The translations under genes and the position numbers were made by a program. Below are positions 13,540 to 23,594 of a stretch of 64,000 bases of DNA, in pieces. The notes beneath the pieces were generated by a model, which was not told the DNA's origin, made no database searches, and worked only from the letters and a program-made list of their open reading frames with translations. Numbering within the stretch: position 1 is the stretch's first letter; each line of letters starts with the position of its first letter. This stretch comes from Octopus bimaculoides (taxonomy: Eukaryota), in NCBI RefSeq assembly GCF_001194135.2, contig NC_068987.1, positions 19,167,793 through 19,231,792 of the forward strand, given 5' to 3'.

Positions 13540-13735
13540 TGGACCCAGGTCAAACTTGACCGAGAGACCTCTGATCAAAGACATTCTTTCATCCATGACA
13601 AACATTTTCCCCCCACAGATACAGTGTGCATATCTACATTCTCAAGCGTGTGGCTTTTTTAATAGAGTAGCATATGATTTTAAACAGATTCGGTTGATAT
13701 TTCTAGCAGGGCAAGCGAACACGTAGAGACAGGCT
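13540..13735 (+). repeat. Member of an unclassified dispersed repeat (…GACCTATGATCAAAG…GATTTGGCTGCTATTTCTAGCAGGTCGAGCGA…)
   Basis: Related copies at about 1360-1500, 5490-5610 (-), 8390-8480, 11700-11830, 12130-12220, 38300-38450 (-) and 60820-60930. The class cannot be determined. Confidence 0.65.
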
Positions 13736-13804
13736 CCTGCTTGGCTCGAGTTACCTACCATACGCTAAATAACTTTTGTTGCATGTACAATATATATATA
13801 TATA

Positions 13805-13849
<45 letters not shown>

Positions 13850-14534
13850 CACGAACATATGCTCTATATAGGACAGTAGCAACTTATTCTCAATAAATTT
13901 TTAAGGATTAGAAAATGAAACTCAATATCATTAAACTATGTAGAATAGCATCAAAAGAATTGAACAGGGTTTTTCTTCGAATACCATTAATAGATAGCAA
14001 TGGGACTGGATGGATATAATAACCTCAGAGCAAGAAAAAAAATCTAAAGTTCAAAGATCAAGTATGTCTAAATCTGAAATGTAAAATCAAAAAATAAAAA
14101 CACGTTTAAAAAACAAGACGTTATATTCTTTACATTCGTACAGCATACATAATGCTGTGTGTGTATGTATAAATATATATATATATCGGTGAATGTGTGT
14201 ACATACACACACACAATCTTGTAATTCCACGAATCGAGAGCTATTAATAGACAAAATATGAATACAAAACTAATGTAATTAAGTGGATCAAAGCAACTTT
14301 AATTATAAATTGTTAATAAATGTAATTTAAATACGTATAAAACAAAGTACACTATCGCAAGTGCGTGGGTACATGGAGATATACGAGGTGCAAGATACAA
14401 GTGAAACATATGGACACATGTGGTCGACATGACCACATCTAGTTAAATCTATACCCTCCTCTTCATGCAAGGATGATACCCCATACCAAACCAGATTTTT
14501 TTTTAAAAAACCACGATTATTGATTTACACTTAC

Positions 14535-14982
14535 CGATCGGTGTAGGATTAGCTTGTTTGCTGTTTCCAGTTTTACCCTTATTCCATGGATTGTGCTTTG
14601 GCAGGGGAGCTTCGACATATGTTTTGTTGTCGAATTTCTTCACTTCGACACGTGTTTGCGTGTTTGAACCCTTACTGGAATCTGACTTGGAGTTCCTCTT
14701 CCCATCGTCAGCTGTCGAGGTATTATTATTATTATTATGGCTACTATTAGTAGTAGCAGAGTGTCCGTTGGGGCCGGAAGAGGCTACTGCGGTCGGAGAG
14801 GACATAGCTGTGGCATGGGTATTGGAACTAGTCGTGGGACTGGCGTTGGTTTCGCTCTTTGACTTTCTCTGGTTCTCGGCGACTGTTTTATTTCGATGAG
14901 TGCTGCTACAGTCCGGAGAGGAGACGAGGTGTGTTGTTGACGATGAGGTGCCCGTCGACTGTGATGAGACCTTTGTCGCCAT
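14535..14982 (-). CDS. LARP1: First coding exon of La-related protein 1 (aa 1-149 plus 1 nt; Ser/Thr/Asn-rich N-terminus)
   Basis: The ORF starts MATKV in an AATATGGCG context. It contains YVEAPLPKHNPWNK, matching the LARP1-family N-terminal motif as I recall it (human FVEAPPPKVNPWTK; human protein starts MATQV). It ends at G|GTAAGT (donor G at 14534), 448 nt = 149 codons + 1 nt, phase 1. The La and DM15 domains are not in the window. Confidence 0.85.
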
Positions 14983-16139
14983 ATTGAACGGTTTCTCGAG
15001 AAAAGACTGATCAAAGCAAGATATGTCTTTTGTGTCTCCTCGAACGTGCTCCAGGTTAACTAGAAGTCCTTGTCAGACTGCTGGTAGTTAAAGCACATAG
15101 AAAATACCATACATAGATGATGGTGCAAGTTTTATTTTTGCTCTTAGATCTAGTAATGACGACAATTATAATGATTATTATTATTATTATTATATAAACA
15201 ATATAAAAAGCGCTTTTTAACTTCAGCAAGAATTGTAAAAAGGAAACAAAGTTTAATAAAAAGAAATTAATACGATCTCAAATGTATCTTATTTAGGTTC
15301 ATTCACACCAAAAATTTCAAAAACATTTGAATAATCGTAAGAGAGGAATAATAAATCTTGCTTAAGCAGCAACAAAAATTTGTGATTCAAAGCTTGTATT
15401 TCTTTTTTCTTTTCTCTTTCTTTGCAAAATTAAGAAGAGATTAAAACGAAAAATAATCAGAATATTAATAACAATAATAATAATAGTAATCCTGGTTTTG
15501 AGGAATTTCCAATTAATAAACGGAATTAGCTGCTTCTGGAGGGGGTTATATATGCAGAGCTTTCTTTTTTTGGCTTAATTTTATAATAGCATTCCGTGTT
15601 TTATCCTTCACCAATATATTTTTTTTTAAATTGTCCTTTTTTTTGTACTATATAGATGTACTTTATGTAATGTATATAATATACACACACACAAACGAGC
15701 ACTAATGCTTTATATGTATATATAGTTTTCTATAGCTAAATATATGCCCTGTATGTATGTATGTATATGAGTGTGTGTAATTAAGTATATATATATATAT
15801 ACACACACAAATGTCTCTTATAGCAGAGTTTTTTTCATCAAAATATTTAAAAGGGATCCTTTCTTTTTTTCCTTGCTTGTTATCGTTTTTATCTCCTGAA
15901 ATAACTGAGGCAGACAGACAGAAAAAAAAAATGTCTTTTTTTTTTTTTTCTCTTCTTCAAATTTTTTCCCCCAAAGATGTGTCTTGTGGGTAGACACACA
16001 AATTGCTGCGGGTAAAGTCCGTTGTTGTTGTAATCAGTCAGTTAAGTAAAAGTAAAATCCCAGTAGCGAAAAAAAAAAAAAATTTTTCAGTTTTCAAGCT
16101 TGCACAGCTCTCACACCCGCTCAGCCCACAAACAGCTTA

Positions 16140-16340
16140 AATGCTGCCGTCTCTCCTACAAGTGGACTCCCTGCAAAAGCACATGTCGCCATTACACGAG
16201 AGAAGGAGAATCGCGCATGCGTACCGAACAACAGTGGCGGGGGTGTTTGACTGTCTGTGTGGACGGAAGCGGTGGTGGGAGGGGGACGGCGACGGTGGAC
16301 GGGAACGGTGTCACGTGACTGACCAGTACAGTAGCCATTG
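16140..16340 (-). promoter_or_regulatory. Probable main LARP1 promoter / TSS region
   Basis: GC/CpG-rich patch about 1.2 kb upstream of the ATG. It carries GTCACGTGAC (16310-16319, E-box/CLEAR), GCGCATGCGT (16213-16222, NRF1-like), CGGAAG (16264-16269, ETS) and CGCCATT (16187-16193, YY1-like). The TSS is not determinable from sequence. Confidence 0.6.
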
Positions 16341-16346
16341 GTGCAG

Positions 16347-16566
16347 GAGAAAGAGAGAGAGAAACAGATAAAAGGTGAATAGAAAGAGAGAGAAACAGAT
16401 GAAAGGTGAATAGAAAGACAGAGAGAGAGAGAGAGAAAGAAACAGATGAACGGTGAATAGAAAGACAGAGAGAGAAACAGATGAAAGGGGAATAGAAAGA
16501 GAGAGAAACAGATGAAAGGGGAATAGAAAGAGAGAGAGAGAAACAGATGAAAGGTGAATAGAAAGA
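16347..16566. repeat. Purine-rich minisatellite, about 6 units of AGAAAGAGAGAGAAACAGATGAAAGG(T/G)GAAT
   Basis: Six directly readable units with a variable (GA)n length, immediately upstream of the promoter patch. Confidence 0.9.
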
Positions 16567-18275
16567 GGTTTAAAGATGCATAGAAAGGCAGAGAGCGAGG
16601 GAAAAGAAGAGGAAATTTAAGGAATTAGAAAAAGAAACTCGAAGATATTAGGTAAATCGATGAAAAAAAAATGTAGTAGGGAGAGGTGTAAACGCAGAAA
16701 ACGTCTATAGTGTGATAGAGAGGGACGTAAACATAGATTGTGAACAACTGAGAGAGGAATTGCTAGAAAGAAGCAAAGTAACCAGAGAGAAAAGGATTTC
16801 GTAAAAACACTAGTAATGAAAGGGAACGAAACAAAGTGAGAGAGAGAGAGCGACAAAGCGAGCGAGAAGGAGGAGGAGGAGGAAATTAATGAAAGAATCG
16901 TTAGTGAGGAAGAAATGCAAAGAAGGGAAAAGACAGACACTGAAGAGGAGTACATTTCGAGGAACGACGGACAGACGCCAAATGTGACAGGATTGGAAAT
17001 AGGACAAATATATATTTAATAGATAGATAGATAGAGAGAGAGAAACAGGACGGTAGAGAAGGTCTCTGTGGATCCTAAAACAAAAGAAAAGCAGTTGTAC
17101 CAGAATACGAAGATAAGAAAATTAAATGAGAAGTCAGATGAAGCAATAGAAAAAAAAAACAAAACAAAACAATAAGGAATTAGAGGGGGACATGTTTGTG
17201 TGTGTGTGTGAAATAGCGAGCTATATACATAGCTAGTTAGAAGAGAAAAAGGAAGACTTAGTGTGAAAGAATTAGTTGTTTTGTGGCTGTTGTTAATTTC
17301 TTAAGCACTGTTTGACTACCATAAGTTAATAGTAGAGGAATAAGAAGTGTGAAAATTTACCGTGTAGCACGTATATGGTTTGTTTCTTTTACTTATAATT
17401 GCATCATTTGCTTGGATGTGTAGGGAGAGGTCGGACAGTTTCTAGTTTGGGCGAAAGCTAATAGCTGCTTATCAATTAACAATTTAATATAATGGTATAC
17501 ATATATAGAAGCGTAATTGCAGGCATCTCGTTAGATCTCCGCACAATACACTTAATTAAATATGCATCAGTTCACCTATCAGCGGGGAATGCTATCTACG
17601 GTGTACTGGTGTCCTATCCAGGGTGCGTAGAGGGGATCAGCTCGTATCCACTTACAAAATACAGAGCTAGGTAACAGCTTTATGAGTTCATGGAGATATT
17701 TATCATTTCATTTGATTTTAGTCTCAAAATTTATCTTGTACGAGGAAGAGAAACTGGCATGTGTTTTATTGACCTCAGTGAAAGGACATGAAATGCAAAT
17801 TTGACTCTTTCCAGTTGAACTTGAATTCTGAAATGTGCAAAAGATGAACAGGAGATCGTGTACTCGCTTTTATCTTTTATAAGACTCAATTTGACTCTTT
17901 TTGATGAACTGCTAAGTTATGGTGACAAACAAACCAAAACCAGTCGTCAAGCAGTGGGGCAACAGACACAAAGATGCATACATATATACGTATATGTGAC
18001 AGATTTCTTTCCATTATCGTCTACCAAATCTCACAAAGCTTTGGTTGGTCTGAGGCTATAGTGGAAGGCATTTGTCCAAGGTGCCATGTTGTGGGATTAA
18101 ATCTCAAACAATGTAGTTGGGAAACAAACTGCTTACAACACACTCATAGGATTCTCATCTTTTTACAATTCTAGATCACTGAAAAGATTGCTCGATATGT
18201 CCCAGCCATTCTTCACCAGTCCTTTTAAGTGCCAGCATGAATTTGGAAGCTGGCAATAGATTTTACTTTACATAT

Positions 18276-18643
18276 GTTGTTGTTGACACTCCATCGCTTA
18301 CGACGTCGAGGGTTCTAGTTGATCCGATCAATGGAACAGCCTGCTCGTGAAATTAACGTGCAAGTGGCTGAGCACTCCACAGACACGTGTACCCTTAACG
18401 TAGTTCTCGGTGATATTCAGCGTGACCCTTTGAATTACAGGTACAACAGAAACAGGAAGAAAGAATAAGAGAAAGTTGTGGTGAAAGAGTACAGCAGGGT
18501 TCACCACCATCCCCTGCCGGAGCCTCGTGGAGCTTTAGGTGTTTTCGCTCAATAAACACTCACAACGCCCAGTCTGGGAATCGAAATCGCGATCCTATGA
18601 CCGCGAGTCCGCTGCCCTAACCACTGGGCCATTGCGCCTCCAC
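18276..18643 (-). mobile_element. tRNA-derived SINE-D, near full length (head 1 + tail X)
   Basis: The reverse strand has A-box TGGCCCAGTGG, a B-box-like TTTCGATTCC, and the tail …GACGTCGTAAGCGATGGAGTGTCAACAACAAC. It is colinear with 42864-43234. Confidence 0.85.
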
Positions 18644-19000
18644 ACTTTACATATAAATTTTACAGGAAAGAAACTCATAAGGATTTTGTGTTGTCTATTT
18701 ATAGAAAGTAATACTAGAAATCCAATCTCATTTCCCATCCCTTGTAAACTTTGGTTCCCATAGCTCTTTCTCTATCAAGAACTAGATTAATGTTTCTAAC
18801 TGCTTTGGAGCCTAAAACACTACCCTGTTCTTCATAGATTTCAGGCCAATGGTTTTTGAAACATTTCTTACCTATGAATCCCTTTGATTCCTATTATACT
18901 CAGATGGACCCCCATAGCCATTCAGTGTTTAAAAAGTCCTACTTTATTTCTAATATTAAATATCATTAGGAATTATATAAAAAAATATTGTTAGAATATT

Positions 19001-19200
19001 ACTTCCTGTTTCTGTTGTGCCTGTAATTCAAAGGGTCAGCCTTGTCACATTCTGTGTCACACTGAATCTCCCCAAGAACTATGTTAAGGGTACACGTGTC
19101 TGTGGAGTGCTCAGCCACTTGCACGTTAATTTCACGAGCAGGCTGTTCCGTTGATCGGATCAACTGGAACCCTCAACGTCGTAAACGACAGAGTGCCAAC
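19001..19200 (+). mobile_element. 5'-truncated SINE-D (tail X)
   Basis: Matches the 3' half of 42864-43234. Confidence 0.85.
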
Positions 19201-19218
19201 ACACACACATAACAGAGA

Positions 19219-19542
19219 GTGAAGGCATGTGGCTTAGCGGTTAGGGTATTCAGCTCACAGTCGTAAAGTTGTGAGTTCAATTCCTGGTAGTGTGTTGTAT
19301 CTTTGAGGAAGTCACTTTATTTCTTGTTGCTCTAGTCCACTCAGCTGGCAAAATTGAGTAGTACCTGTATTTCAAAGGGTGAGCCTTGTCACATTCTGTG
19401 TCACTCTGAATCTCCTCGAGAACTACATTAAGGGTACATGTGTCTGTGGAGTGCTCAGCCACTTACATGTTAATTTCACGAGCAGACTGTTCTGTTGATG
19501 GGATCAATTGGAACCCTCATCATCATAACCGATGGAGTGTCA
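19219..19542 (+). mobile_element. SINE with head 2 + tail X
   Basis: Head GTGAAGGCATGTGGCTTAGCGGTTAGGG…CCACTCAGCTGGCAAAATTGAGTA resembles 42372-42631. The tail resembles SINE-D. Confidence 0.8.
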
Positions 19543-20049
19543 GTTAGTTAGTACATATGACAATAATCTGAATGCTAAAGAGTTAATGGTTTTTGGTAAA
19601 GAAGAACAAGCTCTGCCTTGATGTTTGCAGTCCATTGGAAACTAGTGATGTCGATGTGGTTGAGGTTTAGCTTTAAGAGCTGCAAAATATTGGTAAGAAT
19701 GGAATTTTACTAGGTTGGAACAAGGAAAAAGGATCAGACAAAATTGTGGGAAGAAAATTTTAGGAGGTAAGACTATCAGTCTAATATAACTCTGTGAGCA
19801 CTCTAATTTTTTCACAGTGAACATACCAGCCACCATGAAAGAGCACCCTTGAAAGAACTATATGGGTTGGCTGATTAACAACCATCTGGTTCCGTGGTAC
19901 CTTTAGGAAAGCTCAATCTGTTGCAAGCATTTGAACCAGACACCCTCTGGTTCTTTCCCTTCCACTTTTTTCTGCAGGCATTAAATCACATTTGTTCAGA
20001 CTTGGCACCAGTTTAGTAGGGTCTGTAAATATCATGAAAATTACTTCTG

Positions 20050-20520
20050 CTCTGATTCACTTATAGCCAATTTTTTTTTTCCTGATTGATAGGATTGAGG
20101 TGATTGATATTCAACTTGAACTTCTGCAAATCAATTCTTGTGGATAAAAGATAGACAGGAAGGGCATTCCAAAGGAGTGGAAGAAGGGGAAGGATAAGAA
20201 AAAGTGGGAAGTGAGGGGCTTGCAATGGGCAATACAGAACATATGACAAAGAAATGTTGGGTGATCTTGAGTGAAGATGGAATGCAACTGTTTAGCTCTG
20301 AGGAGTGAAGGTCATTATAATGTGGTAGAAGAAGTAGAATGAAGCGACGAGATGTCTGTGGGCAATGGACTGTGGAGTATATTGGTGTGTGAGTCTCTTA
20401 CCAATTATCAGAATGGCATTCTTTTGGTTGTGGTGAAAGATGTTTTCACATGTAACAGCAGCGTTGTCCCAGATATGGGAGATATATTTCATTGATATAT
20501 TGATTGAACAATGCTACATT
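20050..20520 (-). mobile_element. CR1/L2 (Jockey-group) LINE fragment, degenerate RT C-terminus
   Basis: Translations MKYISHIWD…IAHRHLVASFYFFY and LWNALP…DLQKFKLNIN match the post-RT region of CR1/L2-type ORF2 proteins. Frameshifted. Confidence 0.7.
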
Positions 20521-20940
20521 GATTTTATCTTATTTCTGTAGTGATTTTGATTGATTAAGCACTAATTACATTTTCAATAATAGTTGAGTTGGCTAAGTCA
20601 GTAGGGTACTCAGCAACAAGAGATCAGCGGTTCATTTAACTTTAAAATAACCTCAGCTCACCTAGCGGTCTATGTATTTACTAATTCATTATTCATACTG
20701 TTTAGTACTCTTGCAATTATACTTTGGCTGTCAATTCATTTACCATTATGTAAATGAATTGTGCCTAAGCACATGTTTATATTTTAATAAGTAAAATGGT
20801 TTACTGGTATTTTATCATATTTGGAGACAGATGTGAGCAAGCCTATTAAGCTGTAAAGGCAATAAAACCAGTTGGTTTTAACCCCATCTCAAGCTGCCAA
20901 AAAAGGCCCTCATTGTCCTTTTTTATGGTAGAACTAATTT

Positions 20941-21160
20941 TTTTTTTTCTATAGTTTCAGCTGAAAGCTGCGGCCATGCTGATGCACAGCCGTTTTGCTA
21001 CACTTTTATTACTGAGAGCCTCCTCCAATATGTGGCACTTGGTGAAGAATGGAGTTTGATTTAGCTACCCTCATTTGCACCTCTTGCCGTGAGGTAGGTT
21101 CATCTGGGACTCTCGACAGGAAGAGGTCCAGCTTTGATTTAAAAACCTCTACATCTACTT
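20941..21160 (-). mobile_element. CR1/L2-like LINE 3' end with a tail shared with SINE-A
   Basis: The reverse strand encodes VEVFKSKLDLFLSRVPDEPT…SNSILHQ…*, followed by GTGCATCAGCATGGCCGCAGCTTTCAGCTGAAAC. Confidence 0.75.
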
Positions 21161-22050
21161 GAGTATTACTAGTAAGTACTAGTTACACACTGAGGTCAAT
21201 GTAATCAACTGGTCCCCTCCCCCAAAATTTCAGACCTTGTGCCTATAGTAGAAAGAATTACTACTACTACTACTACTGCTACTACAATAACAACAATAAT
21301 AATAATTGTGTCTTTATTACTCACAAAGACCCATATATACAATATAAAATGTGTCACATAAAAGAAGTTACAAAACATGTAGAGTATTAAAAAGCTGTGG
21401 GCCCCTGAAACCCAAACTGTTGCAGTAACTGGTACATATAAATAGAAGTTTTCCTAGCCATTTGGTTTGGGGTTCAGTCCCACTGCATGGCACTTAGGGC
21501 AAGTGTCTTCTACTAAATGCTAGGGTTGATCAAAGTAAGAGGATTTGGTAGATGGAAACTGAAAAAAACCTGTCATATGTATAAATATATGCATATATGT
21601 GTGTTGTGTGTCTCCTCTTACAAGTGATGTCCTTTATTTCTGATCTGCAAAACCATGTCTGGCCATTGAGAAATAGTACCTTGCTTGGAAACAGATGAGG
21701 GTTGGCAACAGGAAGGGCGTCTAGCAACAGAAAATCAACACAAGGAATTTTGTCAGACCCATGCAAGTGTTGAAAAGTAGATGCTAAAACAACAGGGATA
21801 ATGTTGTTGATGATGATGATGATGATGAATACAATGACGGCAACTCTAAACTCTTGCTTTTTTTTTGTTTGTTTGTTTGTTTTTCTAGCATGAAGTGAAT
21901 CCAGTTATTGCTTTTGGTCCCAATTTGGAGTCATTTCACCATGCTTGACCTTCTAATGTAGGTTTGAGAAAATCTTAAACATCCCAATTTTGCTCTTCTC
22001 CTTTTCTCTCAATCCTGATGTGTCTGTTGCCTTCCCTATAACACTTGTGT

Positions 22051-22220
22051 ATAGGCGTAGGAGTGGGTGTGTGGTAAGTAGCTTGCTTGCGAACCACATG
22101 GTTCTGGGTTCAGTCCCACTGTGTGGCACTTTGGGCAAGTGTGTCTTCTACTATAGCACTGGGCCGACCAATGCCTTGTGAGTGGATTTGGTAGACGGAA
22201 ACTGAAAGAAGCCTGTCGTA

Positions 22221-22267
<47 letters not shown>

Positions 22268-22463
22268 TTCTGTGTTTGTCCCCTCAACATCGCTTCACAA
22301 CCGATGCTGGTGTGTTTACGTCCCTGTAACTTAGCAGTTCGGCAAAAGAGACCAATAGAATAAGTACTAGGTTTACAAAGAATAAGTCTTGGGGTCGATG
22401 TGCTTGACTAAAGGCGATGCTCCAGCATGGCCACAGTCAAATGACTGAAACAAGTAAAAGAGT
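22051..22463 (+). mobile_element. Full-length SINE-A (tRNA-like head, central (TA)n/(TG)n, LINE-like tail)
   Basis: Head …GTGTGGTAAG…GGTTCAGTCCCACTG…GGCAAGTGTCTTCTACTATAG, central microsatellite, tail GATGCTCCAGCATGGCCACAGTCAAATGACTGAAACAAGTAAAAGAG. Many copies occur in the window. Confidence 0.9.
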
Positions 22464-23175
22464 ACATCCTAACTTTATGAAAGGAATAAAAATAAAAATA
22501 AAAATTTTCAAGGGATAAACTGATGCAGTTTACTGTTAATTCTTGTAACAGTCTCAGAGAGTTGAAATGAGTATGTGAATGCCAGAAGCACTAGACCAGA
22601 TGTTACAAAACATCTATTTTAGCTCAGTTGTCTGTTTGTCATTGCTATCTCTACAACATTGTACAGTATCTAACTACCATAGTGTTAGCTACAAAACTTT
22701 GCTATTGTTGTCCCTACAACAGTTACTGACATTACTCCTTTTACATTCAGAGTTGAAGTCCCACTGAGGTCAAATTTTACCTTCCATCTTTCTAGGATTC
22801 ATTGAATAATTCAGCAGTAAATCCTGCGTTTTGTGTTAATCAGATATACACTCACTCAAGATTTGTGACATTGTGCCAATGACATAAATCAATATTATGA
22901 TGATTACTATAACTATAACTAATACTTACTGTTTCTAGTTCACTCCAACCACTATCACAACAACCAATGCAACCCCTACCATCTTTATCATCACCATCAT
23001 CATCACCATCGCCATCACCACCACCACTATCGCCACAGAAGCAAAAGCAATAGTGCACAGATCTGAAAAAGACAAAGGTGCATCTGGTGGCATGAGAAAA
23101 AACTCACATGAACTAACTAAAAATAAAAAAATAAATAGTAATAATAATAATATTATTACTATAATAATAATAATA

Positions 23176-23217
<42 letters not shown>

Positions 23218-23219
<2 letters not shown>

Positions 23220-23450
23220 GGTAGTGAGCTGGCAGAATCGTTAGCACGCCGAGCAAAATGCTTAGTTGTAGTGCATCTGTCTTCACGTTCTGAGTTCAAA
23301 TGCTGCCAGGGTCGACTTTGCCTTTCATCCTTTTGGGGGTCGATAAACTAAGTACTAGTTACACACTGAGGTCAATGTAATTGACTAGTCTCCTCCCACA
23401 AAACTTCAGACCTTGTGCCGGTAGTAGAAAGAATTACTACTACTATAATA
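23218..23450 (+). mobile_element. SINE-C (central domain resembling the Meta/Sauria-SINE core)
   Basis: GAGCTGGCAGAATCGTTAG…GTTCTGAGTTCAAAT…GTCGACTTTGCCTTTCATCCTTT…GGTCGATAAA.TAAGTAC. It follows an (ATT)n tract and ends in a TA-rich tail. The family assignment is from memory of the core motif. Confidence 0.8.
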
Positions 23451-23594
23451 ACAACAATAATAATAATTGTGTCTTTATTATTCACAAAGACCCATATATA
23501 CAATATAAAATGTGTCACATAAAAGAAGTTACAAAACATGTAGGGATATGAATGTGTGTGCACACACACACATGCATAACGAGTACAATTTTTT

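Noticed and set aside
14558-14899. 113-aa plus-strand ORF
   Set aside because: It is the antisense shadow of the LARP1 exon and has no independent motif.
16617-17007. Hydrophobic minus-strand ORFs upstream of the promoter
   Set aside because: They are a by-product of a purine-rich low-complexity tract.
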